Source: Octopus sinensis (lineage: Eukaryota). Taken from it: a stretch of DNA of 35,237 nt. Where the stretch lies: NCBI RefSeq assembly GCF_006345805.1, contig NW_021829881.1:1-35237 (forward strand), in the 5' to 3' direction. The position numbers and the translations under genes were made by a program. Below are positions 12,801 through 24,049 of the stretch, piece after piece. How positions within the stretch are numbered: the first letter of the stretch is position 1; each line of letters begins with the position of its first letter. The notes beneath the pieces are model-generated. The model was not told the DNA's origin. It saw only the letters and a list, made by a program, of their open reading frames with translations, and did no database searches.

Positions 12801-13106
12801 TACATGCCTGCATGCGCGCACGCTTGCATGCCTTCATATTTATATATAAACATACATGCCTATAGTTGACTATGTTAGCAAATTTTTAATGACACATTCG
12901 AAATCTAGTGTTTTTGCAAGCAATGAAACAGACCATCTAACAATCACTTAACAAATACAATATGTAAGCAATACAAATGCGAAACTTTTCTAAAGTTCAA
13001 CTTATAGCATTTATCCCTCCTAATTACCAGCAACGATGGTGTCTCAAGCGCGGGCGTGTTTCTTTGTTTGAAGCCAGTTTTTTCCTCATAAGAATCCAAA
13101 AAATAA

Positions 13107-13315
13107 GGCAGAACCGTTAGCACGCCGGGCGAAATGCGTAGCCGTATTTCGTCTGACGTTACGTCTGACGTTACGAGGTCAACTTTGCCTTCCATCCTTT
13201 AGGGGTCGATAAATTAAGTACCAGTTACGCACTGGGGTCGATGTAATCGACTTAATCCGTTTGTCTGTCCTTGTTTGTCCCCTCTATGTTTAGCCCCTTG
13301 TAGGTAATAAAGAAA
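13107..13315 (+). mobile_element. SINE family B with internal deletion/duplication
   Basis: ggcagaaccgttagcacgccgggcgaaatgcgtagccgtatttcgtctg..gccttccatcctttaggggtcgataaattaagtaccag..tttagccccttgtaggtaataaagaaa. Confidence 0.8.
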
Positions 13316-13453
13316 CACATAAGAATCCCAATAATTAAAAATCAAAGTCATACATACACACATACATACATACATACATACATACATACATACATACATA
13401 CATACATACATACATACACATTTGAACAGTGTTTCACTGTGATTGTTATTATA

Positions 13454-13802
13454 TTCAGTCCCACTGCGTGGCACCTTCGGTGAGTGTCTTCTACTGTAGC
13501 CTCGGGCCGACCAAAGCCTTGTGAGTGGATTTGGTAGACGGAAACTGAAAGAAGCCCGTCGTATATATATATGTGTGTGTGTGTATTTGTGTATCTGTGT
13601 TTGTCCCCCAACATAGCCTGACAACCGATGCTTGTGTGTTTACGTCCCCGTAACCCAGCGGTTCGGCAAAAGAGACCGATAGAATAAGCGCTAGGCTTAC
13701 AAAGAATAAGTCCTGGGATCGATTTGCTCGACTAAAAGCGGTGCTCCAGCATGGCCACAGTCAAATGACTGAAACAAGTAAAAGAGAGTAAAGAGTAAAG
13801 AG
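13454..13802 (+). mobile_element. 5'-truncated SINE family A
   Basis: Starts at the B-box remnant ttcagtcccactgcgtgg; family A body and tail present. Confidence 0.85.
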
Positions 13803-13844
13803 ATATGGTCATATTTTCAGTGACCACTTTAAATCTTTTTTGTT

Positions 13845-14420
13845 GAAGATATCTGGAGGATTCATGAGCGACTCACTGAAAGACAAAAACAATAACTTTA
13901 TTGCTTCTCGTGCACAATCTAGAAGAATATGCTAATAATGTTAGTCTTATTAAGAGTATTGCTCTAGGTATGACATTCTTAAAAGATACAGGGATGGAGC
14001 TTGGCCAGGATGAATATTCTAACAGACTGTAAAAAAGTGGGAAGAACTTCAACTTAATTTCAGAACCACCCACTGGTGTGATTATTTCTCCGATTTCTGT
14101 GGAGGAGTGTCGCAGATATATCGGAATGGATAGAAATATCATACGAAGGCATTTGTCACAAAAGATACACGGATGGAACTTAGCCAGGGTGAATATTCCT
14201 AACAAACTGTAAAAAGTGGGAAGAACTTCAGTCTAGTTTCAGAACCAACCACTGGTGTAATTATTTCTCCGATTTCTGTGGAGGAGTGTCGCAGATATAT
14301 CGGAATGGGTAGAAATATCATACGATGACATTTGTCACAAGGAATGCGTAAAAAGGGATTATTACATCCGGATAAACAATATGTGAATCTCAGAGCTCTC
14401 TACATACTAGAATTGATTTC
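13845..14420 (+). pseudogene. Highly decayed non-LTR reverse transcriptase fragment (R4/Dong-like), with a 179-bp tandem duplication
   Basis: Manual translation from ~13891: ITLLLLVHNLEEYANNVSLIKSIALGMTFLKDTGMELGQDEYS, then RRYIGMDRNI and GLLHP..RALYI. These resemble the HLLFxDDLKLYA..FSxDIGMEFGxDKC..YKYLG..LHPK..RLY motifs of R4/Dong-type RTs. 13982-14160 is duplicated at 14161-14339. Confidence 0.5.
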
Positions 14421-14761
14421 ACTTATATTTTTATTGCTTTGGTCTGGAGCAACAGGATGTTTGCATGGCCTTCGTCGTCCCCATGTCTAACCCAACCTCG
14501 AAGCGAGTGAGAACAACGAGATTAATAGCATTGTTGAACAACTGCTACTTGTTGGCTGCAGGAAAAAAATTCGGAAATTCCTGATGGATGACGTTCTGGA
14601 GAATAAGAACAGGACATGATCATTCGATTTATACTTAATATTTATTTATGGTAAAATTCTCATTAAATTTAATTCTAATCCTTTTCATATTATTTAATGG
14701 GAAGATGATAATGATATAATTGTGCTTAGCAGTATAATGATGATTTTAAAAAATTTATTTT

Positions 14762-15088
14762 AATGGCTCTCCGTCGGTTACGATGATGAGGGTTCAAGTT
14801 GATCCGATCAACGGAACAACCTGCTCATCAAATTAACATGCAAGTGGCTGAGTACTCCACGGACACGTGTACCCTTAACCTAGTTCTCAGGGGTATTCAG
14901 CGTGAAACAGAGAGTAACAAGGCTGGTCCTTTTCAAATACAGATTCTACTCATTTTTGCCAGCTGAGTGAACTGGAGTAACATGAAATAAAGTGTCTCGC
15001 TCAAGGACACAACGCGTCGCCGGGAATTGAACTCACGATCTTACGATCAGGATTCGAAAACGCTAACCACTAAGCCACGCACCTTCAC
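14762..15088 (-). mobile_element. tRNA-head SINE family C
   Basis: Reverse complement of the element at 22640-22945; cagctgagtgaactggag..aaataaagtgtctcgctcaaggacacaac..gggaattgaactcacgatc..taaccactaagccacgc. Confidence 0.8.
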
Positions 15089-15228
15089 TAATGAGAAATA
15101 TTGTAATGATGATTATATATGATATAATTGTGCCTAGAATTGTAATGATAAATACAACATTAACAGGGAAAAATTGCTATTCATAAAGAGTAATGCAACA
15201 ATAAATTGCAGCTTTAATATTGAACATT

Positions 15229-15314
15229 GGAGGCGAAATGGCCCAGTGGTTAGGGCAGCGGACTCGTGGTCGGAGAATCGCGGTTTCGATTCCCAGACCG
15301 GGCGTTGTGTGCGT
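15229..15314 (+). mobile_element. Isolated tRNA(Arg)-like SINE head
   Basis: tggcccagtggttagggcagcggactcgtggtcggagaatcgcggtttcgattcccagacc: A box, TCG anticodon-like loop, B box. Homologous to the head at 20527. Confidence 0.75.
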
Positions 15315-17175
15315 TCTATTCCTATGCAGATAAGCATAGGTCCGCTGTCTCACCCGTCGATTCACTGATCGGTGATAACGGTATTTTCCAACATGGTACT
15401 AAAAGAAATGGCAGAAGTACTGCAAAAACCATACTGCTCTGTCTTTAGTGATCTCACTGATACTGACCTAAGGGATGTGAATGAAGTTGATTCTCAACAT
15501 ATAATCGTGGACATAACCTTTACTGCTTCAGATATCATAGCAGCAATAAATGACATCAAATACTATTCTGCTGTAAGCTCTGATAGATTCCCCGCTAGTT
15601 TCCTGGTAGAATGTAGACACCAATTTGTAGTCCCTCTATCCGACCTCTTGAGAAATTCTTAAAACTCAGGTTATATACCGAAACAGCTCTTATCCCAGTT
15701 TGTCATCCCGGTTTTCAAACAGAGAAACAGATCCTTCGCAGACAACTATCGCCCAATTTCACTCACTTCCCATATCATTAAAGTGTTTGAAAGGTTGGTG
15801 AGATCAAGGATAGCTTCCTGGAGAGCTACAATCTCCTAAATTAAAACCAGTAGGGGTTTCGCTGCGGCAAAGACTGTCTAACACAGCTCTTACACCACAT
15901 CGATGATCTCGTTAAAGCCTTGGATCAGGTTCGAACTCTGTTGTTATATATCTTGACAAAAGCGTTCGACAGAATCGGTCACAATGTCCTACTGTTGGAA
16001 TTGTCAAATGCTGGAATCCGTGGAACACTACTACACTGGACTGAATATTTCCTGGAGAACAAAACACAAGTGATCGATGGGGTCCATTCAAGCCCAGTGG
16101 AAGCCACCGGTGGTGTCCCTCGGGAGATTGTCTTGGGCCCGCTCCTCTTTAGAGTCTATATATACGAACTTTCCAGCGTCATAGAGCACAGCAGGGTGAG
16201 AATGTTCGTTGATGATTCCAAGTTCCAGAAAATTATCAATGGAGAAGACAGAATTGAACTCCAGTCTGATCTACATGCTGTGAGTCAATGGCCAGACAAA
16301 AACAAAATGCAACTAAACGAGAAAAAATTTGAGCTGATGTATTTTGGAAGAAAGAATATACTAAAACAGCCATACTCTCTTCCTTCAGGGGAGCCACTCA
16401 CAGCAACTAATAATATCAGAGACCACGGAGTAATTGTTGACAGCAATCTCAGCTAGGATGCCCACATCAACAATAAGGTCGATATAGCTCGTAGGATAAA
16501 CTCCTAGATCCTAAGAACCTTCCAGTCCAGGGAACAATGTGTCATCATTCCTCTTTTCTCCTCTTTGTACGGCCACATCTCGAATACTGCTGCTCCCTGT
16601 GGTCTCCCCATACAAAACAAAATATTTCAAAAATTGAATCACCCTAGAGAGCATTTACTAAAAGAATTAAGGGCATGACTGATCTCGATTATTGGGACCA
16701 CCTTAAAGCATTGAAACTTTATTCTCTCCAGCGCTGCCGTGAGCGATACATCATTTGTACGATGTGGAGAATATACCACTAGCATTGCCCAAACGGCCGC
16801 AACATTAGCTTCAAAATTCATCCAAGGCTAGGACCACGGGCCATACATCCCCTACCCAATTCAGGATCACAGCACATAAATACACTGCAACACAGTTTCT
16901 TTTCCTCAACAAGCCCTGCCCGATTTAACATTGTTCCGAAACAGATCAAAGAAGAAAAGGATCCGATCACCTTTAAACGGAATCTGGACAGATTTCTTCA
17001 AGGAATACCGGATAAGCCACCTGTTCTGGATACAACACACTCAACAACAACTCCCTATTCTAAAGGACCATGAAACCATAAAACTTGACTTTAAAAGGAT
17101 TTAGCTAATCCTATCAGGTGGTGCTATTAAGTTAGGCATGGCCTGGACCAATCTTTGGTCGAAACATATCTAAGT
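15315..17175 (+). mobile_element. 5'-truncated CR1-group LINE, ORF2 reverse transcriptase pseudogene plus 3' UTR
   Basis: Motifs across frames: EMAEVLQKPYCSVF, DRFPASFLVEC, NYRPISLTSHIIKVFERLV, Q*GFRCGKDCLTQLL, KAFDRIGH, GGVPREIVLGPLLF, MFVDDSK, RPHLEYCCSLWSP, LYSLQRCRERY, FKRNLDRFL. Multiple stops and frameshifts; ends in tatctaagt repeats. Confidence 0.9.
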
Positions 17176-17352
17176 CTCTGCCGCTACGTTCTGAGTTCAA
17201 ATTCCGCCGAGGTCAATTTTGCCTTTCATCCTTTGGGGGTCGATTAAATAAGTACCAGTTACGCACTGGGTTCGATGTAATCGACTTAATCCCTTTGTCT
17301 GTCCTTGTTTGTCTCCTCTGTGTTTATCCCCCTGTGGGTAGTAAAGAAATAA
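17176..17352 (+). mobile_element. 5'-truncated SINE family B inserted in the LINE tail, 15-bp TSD
   Basis: gaaacatatctaagt at 17161-17175 and 17353-17367 flanks a family B body. Confidence 0.85.
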
Positions 17353-17376
17353 GAAACATATCTAAGTTATCTAAGT

Positions 17377-17431
<55 letters not shown>

Positions 17432-17770
17432 ATATATACAAAAATGTATTCTTCCGCACTTTTATTACAGTCACACAATATATTTGCATACTGATTTGAA
17501 TGCAGGAGATTTAATGTGTGATCAGAATAAATGCCGCTATTCAAGCGCGTAAATAAATACAAACACACACGCGCACACATACATGCTCAATCGGTCATAT
17601 AAGTGTGTGTGCGCGCGCACGAACGTGCATATATGTGTATGTCTGTATGAGTGTGTATGTGGCCGCGGATATACATATATATAGAAAAAATTGAGTTGAG
17701 TATCTTATTTTTTGTGCGTATGCATGTATGTGTATATATGTATACACAGACATGTATATAAAAAAACAAC

Positions 17771-17880
17771 ACTTAGAAGCGCTCAAATTGTTTGAACTTA
17801 CTCTCCGAAAACCTTTACCGAGGATCAAGTTCTGAAAAGAATTTTGAGTGTAAGTTCAAATCATTTGAACGCTTCTAAGT
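17771..17880. repeat. 110-bp inverted repeat (35-bp arms)
   Basis: acttagaagcgctcaaattgtttgaacttactctc (17771-17805) is the near reverse complement of 17846-17880. Confidence 0.85.
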
Positions 17881-18007
17881 ATTTTCTATATTGAGAATCT
17901 TTGGATCTTATCTGTTCATTGTACACACAAACACACACATATATGTTTATATGTATGTATTATGTATGTATGTATGTATGTATGTATGTATGTATGTATG
18001 TATATAT

Positions 18008-18240
18008 ACTCTTTACTCTTTTACTTGTTTCAGCCATTTGACTGCGGCCATGCTGGAGCACCGCCTTTAGTCGAGCAAATCGACCCCGGGACTTTTTCTT
18101 TGTAAGCCCAGTACTTATTCTATCGGTCTCTTTTGCCGAACCGCTAAGTGACGGGGACGTAAACACACCGGCATCGGTTGTCAAGCAATGCTAGGGGGAC
18201 AACACAGACACACAAACATATACACACACACACATATATA

Positions 18241-18297
<57 letters not shown>

Positions 18298-18453
18298 GAC
18301 AGGCTTCTTTCAGTTTCGTCTACCAAATCCACTCACAAGGCATTGGTCGGCCCGGGGCTATAGCAGAAGATATTTGCCCAAGATGCCACGCAGTGGGACT
18401 GAACCCGGAACCATGTGGTTGGTAAGCAAGCTACTTACCACACAGCCACTCCT
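18008..18453 (-). mobile_element. Full-length SINE family A
   Basis: Reverse complement of 6878-7292, including the internal (TA)n. Confidence 0.9.
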
Positions 18454-18463
18454 CTTGTGTGTG

Positions 18464-18495
<32 letters not shown>

Positions 18496-18528
18496 ATATA
18501 CTATATATATATTATATATATATTATAT

Positions 18529-18608
<80 letters not shown>

Positions 18609-18850
18609 GAACAAACAACATACATTTCGTGAGGGAAATTGCGCAAATAAGCCTACAAATGGCTGTATATTTATGTAACGTGCATGCACACATGAAGGGC
18701 AGAAATGGAGGCAGAAATACATTTATATGCATCAATATGTAGACGCGCCCTTCCTATTTTTTCTTTTTTTCTTTTTTTTCTTTGAAGTATATACATATTT
18801 ACAGATAAAGAAAAACACACGCATAGTAGTTACTTAGAAATTCACACAAG

Positions 18851-18882
<32 letters not shown>

Positions 18883-19068
18883 CGCATATAAATGCCTTTG
18901 TTCTATTTCTCATTTGCTCATTAAATTTCGGAAGTATAAAATATCTCGTACGATATTCCGTTAAGTACCGAAGGGTATTGTCAATATCACGTGTTAGCAG
19001 ATTATATATATATCTGCATATATTATATGTTTGTGCATGTGTGTGTAGGGGCTAATGTATGCGTGTGA

Positions 19069-19109
<41 letters not shown>

Positions 19110-19210
19110 CAAATATATATATATATTTATGTGTGTATGGGTGTGTGTTTATATATATTTATATATATATATGTGTGTGTGTGTATGTATATATGTATGT
19201 ATGTGTGTGC

Positions 19211-19247
<37 letters not shown>

Positions 19248-19389
19248 GAGAGAGAGAGGAGGGAGAGGTGAATACAAAACCCGGATACTAATGGTGGAAA
19301 CCATGTTGACAAAGTTATTCATTAATGTAGATGAAAAGAATATTGAAAATATGCATTTCCGCCAATATATGCAGTATTTACGGTCATCC

Positions 19390-20120
19390 TGTGTGTGTGT
19401 TTATGTGTGTGTGCGTGTGTTTGTATTTGTGTGTGTGTGTGCGTGTGTATTTGTACGTGTGTTTGTGTGTGTGTGTGTGTGCGTCTGTGTGTGCGTTTGT
19501 GTGTGTATCTACGTGTGTGTGTATTTGTGTGTATGTGTTTGGGGTTTGTGCGTGTATGTGTGTGTGTTTGTGTGTGTGTTTGTGTGTGTATTTGTGTGTG
19601 TATTTGTCTGTGCGTGCGTGTGTGTGTGTAATTACATAATATTAAATAGAGTATATGCATATATATATGTGTGTGTGCGTGTGTTTGTGTTTGTGTGTGT
19701 GTTTGTGTTTGTGTGTGAATTTGTGTGTGCGTGCGTGTTGTGTGTGTAATTACATAATGTTAAATAGAGTATATGCATACATATGTATGTGTGCGTGTGT
19801 GTGCGTGTGTGTGTGTGTGTGTGTATTTGTGTGTGTGCGTGTGTGAGTGTAATTACATACTATTAAATAAAGTATATACATACATGTGTGTGTGCGTATG
19901 TGTGCTTGTGTGTGTATGTGTGTGTGTTTGTGTGTGTATTTGTGTGTGCGTGCGTGTGTGTGTGTAATTACATAATATTAAATAGAGTAAATGCATACAT
20001 ATGTGTGTGTTTGTGCGTGTACGTGTGTGTGTGTATTTGTGTGTGTGCGTGTGGTGTGTGTAATTACATAATATCAAATAAAGTATATATACATACATAT
20101 GTGTGTGTGCGCGCGCGCGC
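19390..20120. repeat. (TG)-rich minisatellite, five ~100-120-bp units
   Basis: Anchor gtaattacataatattaaatagagtatatgcat recurs at ~19628, 19746, 19848, 19964 and 20060, separated by TG tracts. Confidence 0.9.
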
Positions 20121-20216
20121 AATATCTAATAAAGCAATCTACAGAAAATAAAGGCATTTTCGAATGCAGGATGGCTGTAAAGACAGCTCAGAAAGTTGAA
20201 TAAATACCATTTACAA

Positions 20217-20869
20217 CAGTGGTTCTGAACCGGGGTCCATATTGCCTCTGAAGTTCCATATATAAGATTTTGCAGATTTCACGCAACAAAATAGTCAATT
20301 GAGGATCCACAATTAAGGGTCCCGCGAAAGATGTTGCTTGAGATGTACGTATTGGTATGTATTGCAAGAAATGGGTAGGTTTCTTTCTCTGACATTTTAC
20401 GTAGTTTAACCTACACAAGTTAATGTGTGAAAAGTAAAATAGTTTTGAAAAAAGCTTCCATAAAACTAGTGGAATGGCTATGGGGATTCACCAGAATATA
20501 AAAGTAATCAAAGGGGTCCAGGTAGAGGTACATGGCCTAGTGGTTAGAGCAGCGGACTCGCGGTCGAGGGATCGCGGGTTCGAATCTCAGACCGGGCGAT
20601 GTGTGTGTTTATGAGCGAAAACACCTACGCTCCACGCGGCTCCGGTAGAAGGTAATGGCGAACTTCTGCTGACTCTTTCGCCACAACTTTCTCTCACTCT
20701 TTCCTCCTGCATCTTGCAGCTCACCTGCGACGGACTGGCGTCCCATCCAGGTGGGGAACCTATACGCCAAGGAAACCGGGAAACCGGCCCTTATGAGCCA
20801 GGCATGGCTCGAGAAGGAACAAACAACAAAAAATGGGGTCCAGGGTTTAAAAATGGTTGAGTTCCATTG
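20217..20869. mobile_element. Old hAT(Charlie)-like MITE interrupted by a SINE
   Basis: Ends cagtggttctgaacc / ggttgagttccattg are imperfect TIRs; internal ggggtcca subterminal motifs; no clean TSD. Confidence 0.55.
20523..20833 (+). mobile_element. Full-length tRNA(Arg)-derived SINE with V-domain-like segment
   Basis: Head tggcctagtggttagagcagcggactcgcggtcgagggatcgcgggttcgaatc; cctgcgacggactggcgtcccatccagg; A-rich tail; ggggtccagg duplicated on both flanks. Confidence 0.85.
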
Positions 20870-21184
20870 CTTTGGTAAAAAAAAAAAAATGGCAAGTAAG
20901 CATCCACAAAGAATCGAACTCTGCATCGCTTAAATTCCGGTACGGAAATTAGTTGCTGCAGTTCACTGAAGCTACCGGATGTGTTGTATATGTAACCAGG
21001 CTGGCTGCTTATTTTTCAGTTTGGTCAAATGATGTAAACACCTTTGAAAATCGAATTAGGCTGGTCGCCATTATTTTCAGTCAACGGAGAAATAGTGAAA
21101 TTTTGTTTGCAATCAACAGAGTAGATAAGTTTTCCAAGTTTGTATATTTTCTGTGATTGCTTACAGATAAAAATTTGAAACAAT

Positions 21185-21380
21185 GCCACAGGGAAAGGCT
21201 GGATAAACTCGACTATACTACCTGGAGCGAAGGCGCGACAGATATGTAATAATGGAAAATTCTATAAGGGCTAGTACTTAATTTCGGCATTGAGTGTTTA
21301 TACAAATGCCCGAACTGGGCGCCGTTGTATTTATATCAACGGTACTGTCCATTCCGTCTAAATTCAGGACCCGGTACTGC
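21185..21380 (+). pseudogene. CR1-group LINE ORF2 C-terminal fragment, left part
   Basis: Translates (with frameshifts) as RERLDKL..LYYLERRRDRYV..WKIL*GLVLNFG..NARTGRRC..SKFRTRYC. Confidence 0.7.
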
Positions 21381-21516
21381 GTCTACATATTGATGCATAT
21401 AAATATATTTATGTCCCTATTTCTGCCCTTCATGTGTACATGCACATTACATAAATATACAGCCATTTGTAGGCTCATTTGCGCAATTTCCCTCACGATA
21501 TGTATGTTGTTTGTTC

Positions 21517-21551
<35 letters not shown>

Positions 21552-21555
<4 letters not shown>

Positions 21556-22003
21556 TCGCCATACTAATATGGCATTCTTATAAAAATAAGAAAAAAGCTG
21601 TCCGCTTATTAGCTCCATGAGGCCATCGCCTTAAGTTAGCTATTTGATACACAAACTGTATCCATATAACCTTCGAACAAGGGAGGTCAGTCGCTCCACA
21701 CTACTTGACCGGCAGCTAAATTTGCTTGAAAATCTATATATAAATATCCTGCAGAGTGAGTTATTCGTCGAGGAAGCGGTTGCCTACCATACGTTGATAA
21801 TAGGCAAACACCTTGAAACCTAGGTCCGTGTGTGGTTTCCGCTTCATCGGGGAATTATCTCCCTTTGCAGGATAGAGGACGCCGTGATGGTGTCAAGCCT
21901 ATCTGGCGACGTTGATGTTCGCCTGGGGCTAAATGCAACAGTAACACCCCAACCACCCTGCCCTGTCCCTAGCCATATTCAGATGGCTTTAATCCCTTAT
22001 GTT
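21552..22003. mobile_element. Structured non-coding element in (TA)n carrying a hammerhead
   Basis: TA tracts on both sides; long rod-like fold at 21745-21873 with the hammerhead at its apex. Confidence 0.65.
21788..21832 (+). ncRNA. Type I hammerhead ribozyme motif, U3-A8 variant
   Basis: Stem I catacg/cgtgtg; TTGATAA 21794-21800; stem II agg/cct; GAAA 21815-21818; palindromic stem III ACCTAGGT; predicted cleavage after GUC at 21826. Confidence 0.8.
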
Positions 22004-22180
22004 ATATATATATATACATATATATATATGGTTACTGGCGCCCCAGGCAAGCTGAACTTTGGCGTGTACAAGCTGACGGTCGTGGAAATGTCCTTGTTTT
22101 TGTCACGCCCTCCTTGTCACCCTCTAGTACATGGCGCCCCGGGCGACTGCCCGAGTTGCCGGTACCGTGAGCTGGCTCTG

Positions 22181-22465
22181 GGTACTGCATTAGCTTAAGG
22201 TTCAAAGGCCCACAGCTCTTCGATGCCCTACCACAAAAAAATTAGGAAAGTTAACAATGTGGACGTTAATGTCTTCAAATAGGAACTGGACATTCTTCTC
22301 TCAACAATACCAGATGAACCGATGGCCCGGCATAAAGTACAGAGCAGCGATGTCAAACTTCTTCGTTGCACTATACGGGCCAACGACCGGGACAATGGTA
22401 TGTACAGGAGTGGTGATGTGAAATCCCACCACCCTGGGGAAACAGCCGAAGGGAAATCATATGTA
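22181..22465 (+). pseudogene. CR1-group LINE 3' end, right part
   Basis: YCISLRFKGPQLFDALPQKIRKVNNVDVNVFK*ELDILLSTIPDEP continues the 21185-21380 fragment. Confidence 0.75.
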
Positions 22466-22588
22466 ACGGTAAAAAAATTATTACGTGCTCCAGTATCACC
22501 GCAGGTGCATAACTGAATCGAATAAAAGATTACACACGCACACACATACACACACACATACACACATATATATATACGTATGTGTGTA

Positions 22589-22626
<38 letters not shown>

Positions 22627-22639
22627 CATTCCGTTATTC

Positions 22640-22945
22640 TGTGGCTTAGTGGTTATGGTAGTCAGCTCACAATCGTAAAGTTGTGTGTTCAATTCCTGAC
22701 GACGCGTTGTATTTTTGAGCAAGACACTTTATTTCACCTAGCTTCAGTCCACTCAAATGGCAAAAATGAGTAATACCTGCATTTCAAAGAGCCAGCTTTG
22801 TCATATTCTGCGTCACATCGAATCTTCCTAAGAACTATGTTATGGGTAAACGTGCCTGTGGAGTGCTCAGCCACTTACACGTTAATTTGACCAGCAGCCT
22901 GTTAAGTTCATTGGATCAGCTTGAACTCTCGTCGTCGTAACTAAC
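22640..22945 (+). mobile_element. tRNA-head SINE family C
   Basis: gtggcttagtggtta..gttcaattcctg..ttgagcaagacactttatttcac..cagtccactca; tail matches the reverse complement of 14762-14960. Confidence 0.75.
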
Positions 22946-22985
22946 AGTGTGTACGATATATTATGTATGCAAGTAGACATGTATA

Positions 22986-23031
<46 letters not shown>

Positions 23032-23514
23032 ATACATAATATATACATACATACATACATACATACATACATTCAACATCCATACATACATTCATAATAC
23101 ATACATACATACATACATACATACATACACACACGCACGCACATACACATACACACACACCTACATATATACACGCATATGTGCGACGATTTGACATGGT
23201 TTCAAATTCCGCAGAGGTCAACTATGCTGTTCGTCGTTTCGTTGTCGGTAAATAATGTAACAACATGGTTACGAGATCGATTCTTATTCTTTTTCTCTAT
23301 GCTCTATGTCTTTCTCACTTTCTCTTCCTCCATTTCAATACTGAAGAAATCAACTTTACAACTCTACCACGAGTAATGTCCTTACCACCAACAAATATGT
23401 GCGCGCATATGACTGTCTCTATATGTGTAAAGATGTATTAAATGCTTTCTGGAAAGTCGTATTGATTACAGAATATACTCTCCCAAAATCATATATATAT
23501 ATATATATATATAT

Positions 23515-23790
23515 TAATATTAATCAATATAAGAGTAGCAAAAAATTCAATAGAAATTTTTTGCCACCAGCGGTCTAGTGAGAAAGAGAAAATAGTCACA
23601 GACTATGTATATAATTTCAACACCATTGAGGAACGGACCCGATAGGCCATTCGACCCACTAGAAAGAGCAGCCAAGACTCAAACCGCTAAATAGTAGTAA
23701 TTCAGAATTAAATTTCTGAAGTCTGGCTGCTCTTTCTAGTGGTCGAATGGCCTATCGGGGCCGTTCCTCAATGTTGTTGATGTTGAAATA
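23515..23790. mobile_element. Short insertion in (TA)n with ~55-bp inverted arms (Penelope-type inverted fragment)
   Basis: 23624-23679 is the near reverse complement of 23720-23773; the spacer includes the ttcagaa/ttctgaa hairpin. Confidence 0.6.
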
Positions 23791-23973
23791 TATATATATT
23801 ATATATATATTATATATATAATATAATAAATAGATGAGTGTATTTACCTTGTTAACAATTAACACGGATCAATGATGAATAGTTACCAGGGCAGCAAATC
23901 TCACAAGTAAAGACTAATACATATGTAGAAAGAAAAATACTTGTTTAAACCTGCGTTGACTCCATTTTTTATT

Positions 23974-24040
<67 letters not shown>

Positions 24041-24049
24041 TATATATGC

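Larger units (their letters stand above)
21381..22180. mobile_element. Composite insertion flanked by an 8-bp direct repeat, with a hAT-like right end
   Basis: ggtactgc at 21373-21380 and 22181-22188. Right end ggcgccccgggcgactgccc..gagctggctctg resembles hAT MITE termini; no matching left TIR. Confidence 0.55.

Noticed and set aside
19600-20120. CRISPR-like array
   Set aside because: Spacers are TG microsatellite, there are no cas genes, and the context is eukaryotic.
20527-20600. tRNA-Arg gene
   Set aside because: No paired acceptor stem, and it continues into a SINE body; likewise 15229-15314.
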